From Pseudomonadota bacterium (lineage in GTDB: Bacteria > Desulfobacterota > Desulfobacteria > Desulfobacterales > RPRI01): 64,000 nt of DNA. Location: assembly GCA_043825875.1 (NCBI GenBank), contig JBDRRF010000038.1, positions 26,830 to 90,829 of the forward strand. Reading direction: 5' to 3'. The position numbers and the translations under genes were made by a program. The notes under the pieces were generated by a model that saw only the letters and a program-made list of their open reading frames with translations, did no database searches and was not told where the DNA came from. Shown piece by piece: positions 30,021-41,667 of the stretch; the first letter of the stretch is position 1, and each line of letters opens with the position of its first letter.

Positions 30021-30451
30021 AAGTAAAAGGTTTAATGGGAATTTTTATCATTGGGTTGGTTTTACTCGTTCCGGTTGCAGGAGCAGTATCGGCAGGCGAT
30101 GTGCAAATCATTGCAAACAAAAATGTGTCCCTGAGTTATATTTCATCGAATATGCTCAAGGATATTTTTCTTGGCAAGAAAAATACATGGGACAATGGGT
30201 CGAGCATAAATTTTGTGACTTTGGATTCCGGTCAGTCACATATTGATTTTCTTAAAGACTATCTTCAAAAATCCGATGCTCAGTTTAACAACTACTGGAA
30301 AAAGCAGGTATTTACCGGCCAGGGCCAGATGCCCAAAGCCTTTAGTTCGGACAAAGCCATGATAGATTTTGTTGCAGGAACTAATGGGGCCATTGGATAT
30401 GTTTCTAGTACAGCAGACACCGGATCGGTTAAAACCATTACAGTAAAATAA
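30017..30451 (+). CDS. Small secreted periplasmic-binding-protein-like (PstS-like) protein
   Basis: Signal peptide, DIFLGKK..W, YWKKQVFTGQGQMPK, GAIGYV. Confidence 0.75.
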   Translation: MKVKGLMGIFIIGLVLLVPVAGAVSAGDVQIIANKNVSLSYISSNMLKDIFLGKKNTWDNGSSINFVTLDSGQSHIDFLKDYLQKSDAQFNNYWKKQVFTGQGQMPKAFSSDKAMIDFVAGTNGAIGYVSSTADTGSVKTITVK

Positions 30452-30468
30452 GAGGAGGAACCTATATA

Positions 30469-31662
30469 ATGAGAAAAATATTAATATTTATAGCAGCATT
30501 TATGACAATTGGATTTTGCTCTAATGCTTTAGCTGTGGAAGCTGATGTGCTGGGCGGTGTTTCAATTCACGGTTTTATATCACAGGGGTATTTATTAAGC
30601 AGTGAGTATAATTATCTTACCCACAACAGCAGGACAGGAAGCTTTGAATATAATGAAATGGGCATAAATTTCAGTAAGCAGGTAAGCGATAAACTACGAA
30701 TAGGAGTACAGATATTTTCCAGGGACTTAGGAAATGTTGCCAATAATAAAGTTGCTATAGACTGGGCCTATGCAGACTATAAATGGCAAGACTGGCTTGG
30801 AATAAGAGCCGGCAAGCTTAAAATGCCCTTAGGAATATTTAACGAAACACGTGATATCGATATGCTTCGCACTTGCATAATATTGCCCCAGAATTTTTAC
30901 CCTGATCTTATGAGAGATGTTACCGTAGGCTTAAACGGGATAGGCCTTTATGGCTATATTCCTGTTGGGCCTGTAGGAAGTTTGGATTATGTAGCTATTG
31001 TTGGTTCAATGAGCATAGATAATGCGAGCGGCGTCGAAAAATATATGAACAGTACTATGACTGGAACACCTTTGGTTATGAATGGTGAGATTGATGCAGA
31101 TACCGCTATTACTGGCCGCATCAAATGGAATACACCGCTTGACGGGTTGGGACTTTCAGCTAGTATGTTGAAATTTAAAGCTGTAATGCCTCTGCTTGTC
31201 AGCGGCGTAGTTTCCACAGCAATGGAAATGGATCAGATGATCTATGGTATGGGCGTGGAATACACCTGGGATAATCTGTTTCTGGCAGGTGAATACAGAA
31301 TAAGTGATGTGGACAGTACAGTGTTTGGAACAACAACAAATAAAAAGACAGAAAATTATTATGTAATGGCTTCTTACCGGTTTAACGACTGGTTTGAACT
31401 GGGATCATATTATACTATTTCTTATACAGACAAAGATGACAAGCACGGTGATAATATTGTTGAGACTGCTACACTCAAGGATCACTCAGCCTGGCAAAAG
31501 GATCTGGCCCTGTCTGCCCGTTTTGATATAAATTCAAACTGGATATTTAAAGTTGAAGGTCACAAAGTAAACGGCACCTCAAATGTTCTGGCTGTGGATA
31601 ATGCCGACAGATCAGAAAAAGACTGGTATTATGGCGCAGCAAAGCTGACATTTAGCTTCTAA
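30469..31662 (+). CDS. Outer-membrane beta-barrel, porin-like
   Basis: Signal peptide, DWAYADY, IRAGK, C-terminal aromatic LTFSF. Confidence 0.75.
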   Translation: MRKILIFIAAFMTIGFCSNALAVEADVLGGVSIHGFISQGYLLSSEYNYLTHNSRTGSFEYNEMGINFSKQVSDKLRIGVQIFSRDLGNVANNKVAIDWAYADYKWQDWLGIRAGKLKMPLGIFNETRDIDMLRTCIILPQNFYPDLMRDVTVGLNGIGLYGYIPVGPVGSLDYVAIVGSMSIDNASGVEKYMNSTMTGTPLVMNGEIDADTAITGRIKWNTPLDGLGLSASMLKFKAVMPLLVSGVVSTAMEMDQMIYGMGVEYTWDNLFLAGEYRISDVDSTVFGTTTNKKTENYYVMASYRFNDWFELGSYYTISYTDKDDKHGDNIVETATLKDHSAWQKDLALSARFDINSNWIFKVEGHKVNGTSNVLAVDNADRSEKDWYYGAAKLTFSF

Positions 31663-31676
31663 CCGCCTATCACATA

Positions 31677-31713
31677 GATTCAGTTGCAGGGAATATTTCC
31701 CTGCAACTGAATC
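31677..31713. terminator. Perfect 17-bp intercistronic hairpin, no U-tract
   Basis: GATTCAGTTGCAGGGAA-TAT-TTCCCTGCAACTGAATC. Confidence 0.6.
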
Positions 31714-31772
31714 GAAAATCTAATTGTTAACAGCTTCCGGTAAAGCCGGATTAAGGAGGCTATAGATCAATT

Positions 31773-33314
31773 ATGCGCAACTTAAGTATGTCAAAAAAAA
31801 TATGGCTAAGCATGAGCATTCTGGTTATAGGCTATTTTTTAACCATGGTCTTCGGGTTCGGAATGGGAGCCCGCATGGAATCCAGAATGCTAAGTGTTTC
31901 AGATTATCTCTTCCCAGCGTCAAACCTTGCTCAGGAGGCACTGACAGCCTTTAAAGATCAGGTACGTCTTTATAATGACGGTATTATGCTGGGTGACAGT
32001 GAAACAATTGCCCGTGCAGAAAAAGAATCCGAACTTGTTCAAAAAGATTTAGGTGATATATTAAATATTGCCGGTATAGATGAAGTATCTGCTGCTCAGG
32101 TAAGAGAAACTCTTGCGACACTTAAGGCATTTACACAAGAGGCTCAACCGATTTATCTGTCTATGAGCAAAGGAGAAAACCAGTCGGCAAGTGCCGGGCG
32201 TCTGGCAGGCCAAACCGATGCATTGCGTACCAAACTTTTAAAAATTCAGCAAATGTTTGCAGACCGCCTGAAAGAAGAGCTTATGGCCAATATCCAGATC
32301 AGCAAAAACCAGCGTTTTATAAATATAGGGGTTTTTGTGGCTGTAGTGTTATTGGGAATTACCATAACCGGACTTATCATCAGTCGTTCTATCACAGGCC
32401 CTATCGGCAGAATCATCGGGGGGCTTACCGAAGGGGCTAGCAAAGTCAACGATGCGTCTGATCAGGTATCCAGCGCAGGCCAGACTATGGCTACAGGCAC
32501 ATCACAGCAGGCATCATCTATAGAGGAAATTGCGTCTTCACTTGAAGAAATGACTTCCATGATCAAACAGAATGCAGAAAACTCCACAGAAGCCAACCGG
32601 GTAATGGCAGATTCGGATCGGACGGTATCGGAAGCTCACAATGCCATGGAGCAACTCAGCAAATCTATGGATGATATTTCAAATGCAAGTAAAGAAACCC
32701 AAAAGATCATTAAGACTATTGATGAGATTGCATTCCAGACTAATCTTTTAGCCTTAAACGCTGCTGTTGAAGCTGCCAGAGCTGGTGAAGCAGGTGCAGG
32801 TTTTGCGGTGGTAGCTGATGAAGTTAGAAATTTGGCGATGCGTGCTGCCGATGCTGCCCGCAACACAGCAACTCTGATAGATAATACCATTAATGCCGTA
32901 AAAAATGGTTCTGTATATTCGGAAACCACTTTGAGTGCATTTACAAAAACCATGGAATCCTCAAAGAAAGTCAGCAGCCTGGTATCTGAAATCGCTGCCG
33001 GTTCGCAGGAACAGGCACAAGGCATTCAGCAGGTTAACAGCGCCATGTCCGAAATTGATACAGTAATTCAAAAGACTGCCGCTATCGCTGAAGAATCCGC
33101 TTCTGCAGGTGAGGAGCTTAACGCCCAGTCAAAAGCAATGAAGGACTATGTCGAACAACTTGTGGTTCTTGTGGGGCTTAGCAATAACAATAATAATGGA
33201 AACAGACAAGCTAAGACTACTGCAACAAAGTCTGAGGAAAAAGGATTCATCAAAGCCGGTCAAAACAATTTTACACCTGATCGGTTAATTACACATCATG
33301 ACAATGATTTTTGA
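31773..33314 (+). CDS. Methyl-accepting chemotaxis protein
   Basis: Two TMs; [37 protein letters not shown]. Confidence 0.95.
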   Translation: MRNLSMSKKIWLSMSILVIGYFLTMVFGFGMGARMESRMLSVSDYLFPASNLAQEALTAFKDQVRLYNDGIMLGDSETIARAEKESELVQKDLGDILNIAGIDEVSAAQVRETLATLKAFTQEAQPIYLSMSKGENQSASAGRLAGQTDALRTKLLKIQQMFADRLKEELMANIQISKNQRFINIGVFVAVVLLGITITGLIISRSITGPIGRIIGGLTEGASKVNDASDQVSSAGQTMATGTSQQASSIEEIASSLEEMTSMIKQNAENSTEANRVMADSDRTVSEAHNAMEQLSKSMDDISNASKETQKIIKTIDEIAFQTNLLALNAAVEAARAGEAGAGFAVVADEVRNLAMRAADAARNTATLIDNTINAVKNGSVYSETTLSAFTKTMESSKKVSSLVSEIAAGSQEQAQGIQQVNSAMSEIDTVIQKTAAIAEESASAGEELNAQSKAMKDYVEQLVVLVGLSNNNNNGNRQAKTTATKSEEKGFIKAGQNNFTPDRLITHHDNDF

Positions 33315-33398
33315 TAAATTCTTTTTGTTAGTAAAACGAAAAACAAGCAAAGCATAGCTCATAACAAAGGCATGCGCCATATATGCTTGTTACAGAAG

Positions 33399-33442
33399 TA
33401 CAAAACTTGATGGGTTCCAAAAAAACTCCATCAAGCTTTGTA
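33399..33442. terminator. Hairpin between convergent genes
   Basis: TACAAAACTTGATGGGTT...AACTCCATCAAGCTTTGTA. Confidence 0.55.
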
Positions 33443-33458
33443 ATTTCTTTAAATTGAA

Positions 33459-34085
33459 TTATTCGATTCTAACAAATGGATTATACTTTTTTTCTATAGC
33501 AATAGAAGTTTCAGGGCCGTGACCTGTAAGTACTCTTATATTATCTCCAAGCACAAATAGTTTGTTTTTTATACATGATATAAGAGTATCATAATCACCG
33601 CCGGGGAAATCCGTGCGCCCTATCGATCCTGAAAAAAGCGTATCTCCTACAAAAACGCATCCATCAGTATAAAGCGAAATACCGCCCGGTGAATGCCCTG
33701 GAGTGTGGATAACCTTAAAAGTAATATCTCCGAATTTAATCTCATCACCATCTTCCAACATTCGATCAGGAGGGGGGGAATCCTCCACATTAAGTCCCCA
33801 TGCTGCACCGGTAGCCGCAATACGGGCAAGCATTGGCGCATCAAGGCCGTGTATCAAAAGATCTGCGCCTGTGGCTTCCTTCAATTTTTTGTTACCGCCC
33901 ACATGGTCAACATGACCATGTGTATTTATGATGTATTTAACTTGCAATTTATGTTTTGCAAGCACCATCAGAATTTTGTTGGGCTCATCTCCCGGATCAA
34001 TAACTACAGCTTCTTTTGTGTTTTCACATCCGACAACAAAACAATTTGACATTATCGGTCCTACAACTATGTCTTCTATAATCAA
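33459..34085 (-). CDS. MBL-fold metallo-hydrolase (glyoxalase II-like)
   Basis: THGHVDH, TPGHSPG, GDTLF, GRTD. Confidence 0.9.
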   Translation of the reverse strand: MIIEDIVVGPIMSNCFVVGCENTKEAVVIDPGDEPNKILMVLAKHKLQVKYIINTHGHVDHVGGNKKLKEATGADLLIHGLDAPMLARIAATGAAWGLNVEDSPPPDRMLEDGDEIKFGDITFKVIHTPGHSPGGISLYTDGCVFVGDTLFSGSIGRTDFPGGDYDTLISCIKNKLFVLGDNIRVLTGHGPETSIAIEKKYNPFVRIE

Positions 34086-34102
34086 AACAACCTCCGATTA
34101 TA

Positions 34103-34534
34103 TTAATTAGTTTTTGGTTTAATTATTTCTGTTTCAACAGCATTTCTGATACTGTCAAGAATCCCATTTATAAAAGGTCCGGATTCATTAGTTCCATATT
34201 TTTTCCCTACGTCAATTGCTTCATTTATAGAAACCTTAAAGGGAATATCATTGCACCAAACAAGCTCAAAAACGGCAATCCTCATGATATTTCTGTCAAC
34301 ACAGGACATACGGCTTATTTTCCAGTTACTGGAAAACTGCTCTATTATAGTATCAATTTCCGATCCGGAGCTTATAACTCCTCTTACAAGCCTGTAAAAA
34401 AAAGGCAGGATATCTTCGGATGGATTAAAATTATCCCGGAAGTTCTCTAAAACCTCTTCAGAATTATCATGGCATTTATCCATGAAGAAAAGAACCTGCA
34501 TTGCAAGTTCCCGTGACTTTCTGCGACTACCCAT
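34103..34534 (-). CDS. nusB: Transcription antitermination factor NusB
   Basis: RRKSRELAMQ, DRNIMR, INEAI, FINGILD. Confidence 0.95.
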   Translation of the reverse strand: MGSRRKSRELAMQVLFFMDKCHDNSEEVLENFRDNFNPSEDILPFFYRLVRGVISSGSEIDTIIEQFSSNWKISRMSCVDRNIMRIAVFELVWCNDIPFKVSINEAIDVGKKYGTNESGPFINGILDSIRNAVETEIIKPKTN

Positions 34535-34538
34535 ATTG

Positions 34539-35012
34539 CTATACTTTATCTACAAGTTCAATCAGATTTGCCATTTCAATTGCAGAAACTGCGGCACTCC
34601 ATCCTTTGTTACCAGCCTTAGTTCCGGCACGTTCTATCGCCTGCTCAATAGTATCTACCGTAATTACTCCGAAAATTACAGGGATTCCCGTTTCCAATCC
34701 AACCATGGCAACTCCCTTTGTAACTTCAGCACTAATGTAATCAAAATGCGGAGTTGCCCCCCGTATAACAGCACCAAGGCATATTACAGCATTATATTTT
34801 TTTGTTTCAGCCATTTTTTTGGCAACAAGAGGAATCTCAAAAGCACCCGGAACCTTTATTATATCAATATCCGAGTCCATTGTTCCTGAACGCAGTAAAG
34901 CATCAACAGCACCTCCGACAAGCTTGTCGGTAATAAAATCATTAAACCGGCTTGTAACTATCGCAAATTTCTTGCCTTCAGCAATAAGCTTGGCCTCGAT
35001 TATTTTAGGCAT
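34539..35012 (-). CDS. ribH: 6,7-dimethyl-8-ribityllumazine synthase
   Basis: [25 protein letters not shown]; start MPKII. Confidence 0.96.
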   Translation of the reverse strand: MPKIIEAKLIAEGKKFAIVTSRFNDFITDKLVGGAVDALLRSGTMDSDIDIIKVPGAFEIPLVAKKMAETKKYNAVICLGAVIRGATPHFDYISAEVTKGVAMVGLETGIPVIFGVITVDTIEQAIERAGTKAGNKGWSAAVSAIEMANLIELVDKV

Positions 35013-35057
35013 ACTATCCTCCCAAATTTTAAAAAAACTCAAAAAAGAACAACGGAT

Positions 35058-36272
35058 TTAAGGTATTTTATCTACGTTAATCAGGTGGCCCATTTTATAT
35101 TTCTTACATGATAGATATTTTTCATTAAATTTATTAGGCCCAACCTCAATCCCGACCTGCTCAACAACACTTAATCCATACCCTTCAAGTCCGACTATTT
35201 TTTTTGGATTGTTTGTTATGAGCCTCATCTTTCTTACACCAAGATCAACCAGGATCTGCGCACCTATACCATAATTTCTCAAATCAGGCTTAAATCCCAG
35301 TTCTGCGTTTGCTTCAACGGTATCAAACCCCTGATCCTGCAAGGCATAGGCTTTAATCTTGTTGACAAGTCCTATACCACGACCCTCTTGGCGTATGTAC
35401 AGAAAAACTCCCGATCCTTCAGTTTCAATCATTTTCATAGCCTCCTGAAGCTGATCACCGCAATCGCATCTAAGAGATCCGAATATATCTCCCGTAAGGC
35501 ATTCTGAATGAACCCTCACGAGAACCGGCTTTTCAGAATCAATTTCTCCCTTTATCATCGCGATATGAAGAAATCGGTCAATATCGTTTTCATATACAAC
35601 AGCCCTGAACTCACCTGCAATAGAAGTAGGAATTACAGTTTCAGCGGATCGCCTTACAAAACGCTCATTCGCCAAACGGTATTCTATGAGATCCGCTATA
35701 GAGCAAATGCCTATCCCGTGTTTTTCACTGAATTTTTCAAGCGAAGGCATTCTGGCCATTGTACCGTCGTCATCCATTATTTCACAAATTACCCCGGACG
35801 GTCTCAAACCGGCAAGGCGCGCAAGGTCTACCGACCCCTCAGTCTGGCCGGTTCTTACAATTACTCCACCGTCTCTTGCTCTTAAAGGAAAAATATGGCC
35901 GGGCCTCACCAAATCACCAGGCCTGGCATCTTCGGCTGATGCGGTCAGAATTGTAGTTGCCCGGTCGGCTGCGGATATTCCCGTTGTTACTCCGCATCTG
36001 GCTTCTATTGAAACAGTGAACCCTGTTTGGAAAGGGGAAGTATTGTTTTCCACCATTGGCGGAAGAAAAAGGGAATCAGCTTTTTCACTTGTCATAGAAA
36101 GACATATAAGTCCTCTTCCGTATTTTGCCATAAAATTTATGGCTTCAGGCGTTACTTTTTCAGCGGCCATTGTGAGGTCACCTTCATTCTCACGGTCTTC
36201 ATCATCAACAAGGATAACCATGCGCCCTTCACGTATATCCTTGATTGCTTGTTCAATTGAAATTATCGGCAT
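35058..36272 (-). CDS. ribBA: Bifunctional DHBP synthase / GTP cyclohydrolase II
   Basis: [32 protein letters not shown]. Confidence 0.96.
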   Translation of the reverse strand: MPIISIEQAIKDIREGRMVILVDDEDRENEGDLTMAAEKVTPEAINFMAKYGRGLICLSMTSEKADSLFLPPMVENNTSPFQTGFTVSIEARCGVTTGISAADRATTILTASAEDARPGDLVRPGHIFPLRARDGGVIVRTGQTEGSVDLARLAGLRPSGVICEIMDDDGTMARMPSLEKFSEKHGIGICSIADLIEYRLANERFVRRSAETVIPTSIAGEFRAVVYENDIDRFLHIAMIKGEIDSEKPVLVRVHSECLTGDIFGSLRCDCGDQLQEAMKMIETEGSGVFLYIRQEGRGIGLVNKIKAYALQDQGFDTVEANAELGFKPDLRNYGIGAQILVDLGVRKMRLITNNPKKIVGLEGYGLSVVEQVGIEVGPNKFNEKYLSCKKYKMGHLINVDKIP

Positions 36273-36326
36273 TTTTAAATATTAATCTCCTAAAAATTTA
36301 TATTACTACCTGGAACAATTATTTTC

Positions 36327-36992
36327 TTATATATATCCGGTTTTTGATAAAAAGGCCATATCTATGGATGACTTTACATCTTTTTTAGCACCGGGAGTTT
36401 TTTGAGTACCAATAAATCGTTCTATGTATTTTCCTATCATATCGGTTTCTATGTTTACAAAATTATTTTCTGCTTTTGTACCAATTGTAGTCAGTTTTGC
36501 AGTATGAGGTATTATGCTTACTTCAAACCATCCTTCATCGCAATTGTTTACCGTAAGGCTTACACCATCGATAGCAACAGAACCTTTTTTTATTATGTAA
36601 CGGGAAAGTGATGCAGACACTTCAAATGTAAATATCACTGCATTACCTGTTAATTTTTTACTGCTTATTTTGCCGATTCCGTCAATATGACCTGAAACCA
36701 GATGACCGTCCAGCCTATCCGATAGGCGTAAGGCGCGCTCGATGTTTACCCTGTCTCCTGTTTTTGTATTGCCCAAGGTTGTTTTATCAAGGGTTTCAGG
36801 AGAAACGTCAACATCAAAACGTTTTTTGTCGATTTTAACAACTGTAAGACATGCTCCGTTCACCGCTATACTGTCTCCGATTTTGGTTCCATCAAGATCA
36901 GTATCCGTTTCTATGGCAAGTTGCTTTCCTATCCTGCCTGAAGAACGAATCGAAGAAATAGTACCAAGGCTTTCTATTATACCTGTAAACAT
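36327..36992 (-). CDS. ribE: Riboflavin synthase
   Basis: MFTGII, GDSIAVNGACLTV, GHLVSGHID. Confidence 0.95.
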   Translation of the reverse strand: MFTGIIESLGTISSIRSSGRIGKQLAIETDTDLDGTKIGDSIAVNGACLTVVKIDKKRFDVDVSPETLDKTTLGNTKTGDRVNIERALRLSDRLDGHLVSGHIDGIGKISSKKLTGNAVIFTFEVSASLSRYIIKKGSVAIDGVSLTVNNCDEGWFEVSIIPHTAKLTTIGTKAENNFVNIETDMIGKYIERFIGTQKTPGAKKDVKSSIDMAFLSKTGYI

Positions 36993-36993
36993 A

Positions 36994-38094
36994 TCAGATA
37001 TAGCCCTCTATCAAAATATCGTCTCCGAACTTTTGAATATCAACCTCTTTTACCATAACAGAATCACGCATGAGAACCGGCCCTGGACCACTGCAAATAC
37101 TCACACCATCGCCGCCAAGAATTTTGGGCGCATAGAAAAAAAATATTTTATCGACAATCTTGTTAGAAAATGCGGATGAAATCACACGACTTCCACCTTC
37201 TATAAGAAGACTTGTAATACCCATTGAACCCAACATATCCATCAGTATATCAAGATTTATCAGATTATTTTTGGAAGGTGCCTTTATAATCTTTATACCT
37301 TTTTCTTCAAGTCGCATCTTTTTTTGCAAAATTGCTTTATCAAGAGCAAGATCGCTTATGACTACTATCGTATCAGAACCAACATCCTGATTCAACACAA
37401 ACGCGTCTTCAGAGATTGAAAGTCTGGAGTCAAGCACAATTCTTACAGGATTAAGGCCATTTATGCCATTAATACGTGTTGTTAGATTGGGATTATCCCT
37501 TTTTACCGTGTCAATGCCAACCATTATAGCATCGGTATAATGTCTTAATTTGTGAACAAATTGCCTTGATTCTTCATTTGTAACCCATTTTGAATCTCCG
37601 GTTTTAGTGGCAATTTTACCATCTAAAGTTGAAGCGCATTTTACTATGACAAACGGACGTTTTGTCTTTATATATTTAATAAAAATTTCATTCTGTTTTA
37701 ATGCTTCTTTTTCGCAGACCCCAAAAGTCACTTCCACACCGTTACTTCTTAATAATTGTTCTCCGTTTCCTTTAACATCAGGATTGGGGTCTTTGATTGC
37801 TGCTACAACCCTCTTTATGCCTGATTCAATAATTTTATTTGTGCATGGAGGTGTTTTTCCAAAATGGTTGCATGGCTCAAGTGTAACATAAATAGTCGCT
37901 CCGGATGCGTGCTCTTTAGCATCATCAATGGCATTTACTTCTGCATGAGCTTTACCGTAAGCTTCGTGATAACCCTTTCCAACAACCTTGCCGTCTTTTA
38001 CAACAACTGCGCCTACCATAGGGTTTGGAGAAGTATGCCCGCGGCCATTTTCAGCAAGGTCGATGGCCATTTTCATATATAATAAATCGTCCAT
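36994..38094 (-). CDS. ribD: Riboflavin biosynthesis deaminase/reductase
   Basis: PNPMVG, HAE, TLEPC, TPPC, IEGG; start MDDLLYM. Confidence 0.95.
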   Translation of the reverse strand: MDDLLYMKMAIDLAENGRGHTSPNPMVGAVVVKDGKVVGKGYHEAYGKAHAEVNAIDDAKEHASGATIYVTLEPCNHFGKTPPCTNKIIESGIKRVVAAIKDPNPDVKGNGEQLLRSNGVEVTFGVCEKEALKQNEIFIKYIKTKRPFVIVKCASTLDGKIATKTGDSKWVTNEESRQFVHKLRHYTDAIMVGIDTVKRDNPNLTTRINGINGLNPVRIVLDSRLSISEDAFVLNQDVGSDTIVVISDLALDKAILQKKMRLEEKGIKIIKAPSKNNLINLDILMDMLGSMGITSLLIEGGSRVISSAFSNKIVDKIFFFYAPKILGGDGVSICSGPGPVLMRDSVMVKEVDIQKFGDDILIEGYI

Positions 38095-38102
38095 ATAAGA
38101 TT

Positions 38103-38558
38103 CTACTGTTTGCTTAACAGTTTCTTTAATTCCCAAATAAAATCATTAATATCTTTAAACTCCCTGTAAACAGATGCAAACCTGACGTATGCCACATCAT
38201 CAATTTCATGAAGCTTTTTCATAATCTTTTCGCCAACTATGTGAGCAGGAGTTTCTTTTTCTCCTGTTTCTTTAAGGTCGCGTTCAAGTTCATCAAGAAA
38301 ATCTTCAATAGCATTCATGCTTACTTTGCGTTTTTCACATGCCTTGAGAATACCGGTACGTACTTTGTCTTTTGAAAACACCTCCCTGCGTCCGTCTTTT
38401 TTTATTATCATAACAGGGAGTTCTTCAATCTGCTCATATGTTGTGAAACGTCTGCCGCAACCTATACATTCCCTGCGTCTGCGTATCACTGTTCCTTCCT
38501 TGTTTAATCTGGAATCAATAACCTTGTTATCAAGCTCGGCACAAAAAGGACATTTCAT
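38103..38558 (-). CDS. nrdR: Transcriptional repressor NrdR
   Basis: [21 protein letters not shown]. Confidence 0.97.
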   Translation of the reverse strand: MKCPFCAELDNKVIDSRLNKEGTVIRRRRECIGCGRRFTTYEQIEELPVMIIKKDGRREVFSKDKVRTGILKACEKRKVSMNAIEDFLDELERDLKETGEKETPAHIVGEKIMKKLHEIDDVAYVRFASVYREFKDINDFIWELKKLLSKQ

Positions 38559-38572
38559 AAAAACCCTCCCGC

Positions 38573-39034
38573 TCAGATAATTTCCAGCTTAATTACCTCA
38601 ATACCTGCCTCCTCCAACATTTCCGATGACATTTCATCTGCATATCCATCCAGATAATATATTTTTACTATACCGGCATTTATAATCATTTTAGCACATA
38701 TGGAACAGGGAAGATTTGTGCAGTAAAGTACGGCCCCTCTTATGGAAACACCATGAAAGGCAGCTTGAATGATAGCATTCTGTTCTGCATGAATTCCTCT
38801 GCAAAGCTCATGTCTTTCCCCTGATGCAATCTTTCTTTTTTCACGGAGACAACCGATTTCAAGACAATGCTTCAAACCGGTGGGCGCACCGTTATATCCT
38901 GTTGTAAGTATCCTTTTGTCTTTTACTATACTAGCACCCACAAAACGTCTTAAACACGTTGACCTCTTGGCAACAAGAGTTGTAATGTCCATAAAGTATC
39001 TATCCCACGCAGGGCGGCAGCTCTTATCCGGCAT
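38573..39034 (-). CDS. dCMP deaminase (ComEB-like)
   Basis: RSTC, GYNG, HAEQNA, PCSIC. Confidence 0.9.
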   Translation of the reverse strand: MPDKSCRPAWDRYFMDITTLVAKRSTCLRRFVGASIVKDKRILTTGYNGAPTGLKHCLEIGCLREKRKIASGERHELCRGIHAEQNAIIQAAFHGVSIRGAVLYCTNLPCSICAKMIINAGIVKIYYLDGYADEMSSEMLEEAGIEVIKLEII

Positions 39035-39124
39035 TTTATCTGATACTCTCCTTTCTCAAGTCAGGTTCTTTTTTATTAAATCGAAAGAAACTGTTTTTGG
39101 ATTTCCAACTCTTTTATATAGGCA

Positions 39125-40378
39125 CTAATTCATATTATCATTATATATTGGAAATGCTTCACAAAGCTTTTGCACTTTTTCTGCTGTTAGCTTTATAAGT
39201 GATTCATCATTTTGCTTTTTCAAAAGATCAGCTATGAGCTTTGCAATTGTTTCCATTTCCACCTCTTTCATGCCTCTTGTAGTCAAAGAAGGTGTTCCGA
39301 TTCTGATTCCGCTTGTAACAAATGGGCTTTGCGTATCAAATGGGATGGAATTTTTGTTTACAGTTATTCCGGCTCGCCCCAAAATATTTTCGGCATCTTT
39401 TCCTGTAATCTTCAAATTTCTTAAGTCAACAAGCATCATATGATTATCAGTTCCGCCTGATACAAGATTGATACCTTCATCCATTAATACATTGGCCATT
39501 TTCTTTGCGTTTTTGACAACGCTGATCTGATACAGTACGAATGATTCACTAAGGGCTTCTTTAAAACAGACTGCCTTTGCTGCAATTGTATGCATAAGCG
39601 GGCCACCCTGAATCCCGGGGAAAATTTCCTTGTTAAGCTTTTCCCCGAATTGAGTTTTGGCAAGTATCAACCCTCCTCTTGGCCCCCTTAATGTCTTGTG
39701 AGTAGTTGCCGTAATAATATCTGCATACGGCACAGGAGAAGGATGTTCACCCGCTGCAACAAGCCCTGCTATATGAGCCATATCAACCATAAGGTATGCA
39801 CCTACAGATTCTGCAATTTCGGCAAAAGCTTTAAAGTCTATAGTTCTGGGATATGCGCTTGCACCTGCTACTATCATTTTTGGCTTGTTCTTTAAGGCTA
39901 ATTGACTAACTTCGTTATAGTCTATAGTTCCGGTTCTTCGGCCCACCCCATAATGAACGAAGTTAAAAAACCTGCCGGAAAAACTTGCAGGACTACCGTG
40001 AGTCAGATGACCACCATGTGCAAGATTCATCCCAAGCACCGTATCTCCCGGTTCAAGCAATGCAAAATATACCGCCATATTGGCCTGTGAACCGGAATGA
40101 GGCTGTACATTTGCATACGAAGCCCCAAATAGTTTTTTTACTCTTTCAAGAGCCAGCTTTTCGGCAACATCAACGTTTTCACATCCGCCATAAAAACGTT
40201 TGTCGGGATAACCTTCTGCATATTTATTAGTTAAAATGCTTCCCTGTACAGCCATAACCGCACGACTGGCGATATTTTCAGATGCTATCAACTCCAGGGT
40301 GTTGTTTTGCCTTTCAAATTCACAGGCTATAACCTTTGCTATTTCCGGATCTGTTTCTTCAATATATTCCAACTTCAA
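39125..40378 (-). CDS. glyA: Serine hydroxymethyltransferase
   Basis: [26 protein letters not shown]; probable TTG start just after the rpiB stop. Confidence 0.96.
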   Translation of the reverse strand: MKLEYIEETDPEIAKVIACEFERQNNTLELIASENIASRAVMAVQGSILTNKYAEGYPDKRFYGGCENVDVAEKLALERVKKLFGASYANVQPHSGSQANMAVYFALLEPGDTVLGMNLAHGGHLTHGSPASFSGRFFNFVHYGVGRRTGTIDYNEVSQLALKNKPKMIVAGASAYPRTIDFKAFAEIAESVGAYLMVDMAHIAGLVAAGEHPSPVPYADIITATTHKTLRGPRGGLILAKTQFGEKLNKEIFPGIQGGPLMHTIAAKAVCFKEALSESFVLYQISVVKNAKKMANVLMDEGINLVSGGTDNHMMLVDLRNLKITGKDAENILGRAGITVNKNSIPFDTQSPFVTSGIRIGTPSLTTRGMKEVEMETIAKLIADLLKKQNDESLIKLTAEKVQKLCEAFPIYNDNMN

Positions 40379-40379
40379 C

Positions 40380-40838
40380 TTATTTTCCCTTATTTCCCAA
40401 ATCATTAAATTTATCAATCCGTTTCTGATGGCGCCCTCCTGACTCATATGCGGTTTCAAGCCAGGATTTTAATATTTCGAGTGCAAGCACATCCCCGATA
40501 ATTCGGGCTCCCATCACCAGGATATTTGAATTATTGTGTTTTCTGCTGATAATAGCAGAAAAAAGATCATTGCAAAGAGCAGCTCTGACATTGGAAAACC
40601 TGTTTGCAACAATAGACATCCCTATTCCGCTGCCGCAAAGAAGTATGCCACGGGCAAATTCTTTTGAGGAAACAAGCGAAGCTACCTTTATCCCATAATC
40701 CGGATAATCCACAGAGCTTTCATTGTGAGTCCCGATGTCCTTAACTTCAATATCGTTATCAATAAGATAATTTTTTATTTGTTCCTTAAGCTGATATGCA
40801 GCATGATCATTTCCGATAACAATAGGTGTATTATCCAT
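40380..40838 (-). CDS. rpiB: Ribose-5-phosphate isomerase B
   Basis: DHAA, DYPD, CGSGIG, HNNSN, GRH. Confidence 0.95.
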   Translation of the reverse strand: MDNTPIVIGNDHAAYQLKEQIKNYLIDNDIEVKDIGTHNESSVDYPDYGIKVASLVSSKEFARGILLCGSGIGMSIVANRFSNVRAALCNDLFSAIISRKHNNSNILVMGARIIGDVLALEILKSWLETAYESGGRHQKRIDKFNDLGNKGK

Positions 40839-40919
40839 CTACAACTCCATGTTAAAATTATAACTATAATAAATGTATTGTTTATAATAAATTATGGAGG
40901 ATACATATATTATTGCATA

Positions 40920-41177
40920 ACCGCAAGAAAAAAATCAGCTCCTGAAATTATTTGTGCTATACAGCCTTTATCAAAAATAAAAAAAATGCTTTTGTGAATG
41001 GTTGAAGAAAATATCGAACTAAGAACATTTCTTGCCACAAACTTAGGACAGATAGAAGCTGATATCAGTCAAACCAAACAGGTAATAATGAATCTTATTG
41101 TAAATGCCGGGGATGCCATGCCTGAGGGTGGAAAAATAACATTGGAAACCGAAAATGTGGATATAGATGAGAAGTAA
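40920..41177 (+). pseudogene. Histidine kinase HATPase fragment
   Basis: KMLL*MVEENIELRTFLATNLGQIEADISQTKQVIMNLIVNAGDAMPEGGKITLETENVDIDEK* (N-box region of hybrid kinases). Confidence 0.8.
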
Positions 41178-41269
41178 TTGATAAATAGAGGAAAGAGAAA
41201 ATATGAATTAAGCATAAAACTTCTTAAACAAGACTAGTGGTTATATTGATATAAAAACAGGGGCAAATT

Positions 41270-41497
41270 TCAGCGGGAGCTTATATAAGCTATAACATCT
41301 TTAACAGTGACAAGCGTTTCTGCGTCATCATCTGAAATCTCCATTTCGAATTCTTCTTCCATTGTCATAATAAGTTCAACCAGATCAAGAGAATCCGCTC
41401 CCAGATCATTTACAAAAGACGCTTCAGGCAAAACATCGGAAAGATCTACCCCAAGTTTATCTACAATAATTTTTTTTACTTTATCTTCAACTGACAT
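41270..41497 (-). CDS. acpP: Acyl carrier protein
   Basis: [12 protein letters not shown]. Confidence 0.96.
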   Translation of the reverse strand: MSVEDKVKKIIVDKLGVDLSDVLPEASFVNDLGADSLDLVELIMTMEEEFEMEISDDDAETLVTVKDVIAYISSR

Positions 41498-41667
41498 CGA
41501 ATCTATTCTCCTAAAATTATCTTACATTTCACGTAACATTCAATTTCATTCTATATCAAGATAAGCTTATCGGATCAATTTAAAGGTGTGCTTTGAAGTA
41601 TTTTAAGAATAGTGCAGTTTTAACACTGCCAAATATTTTCTTACAAGACGGGTTATAACAAAAAGAA

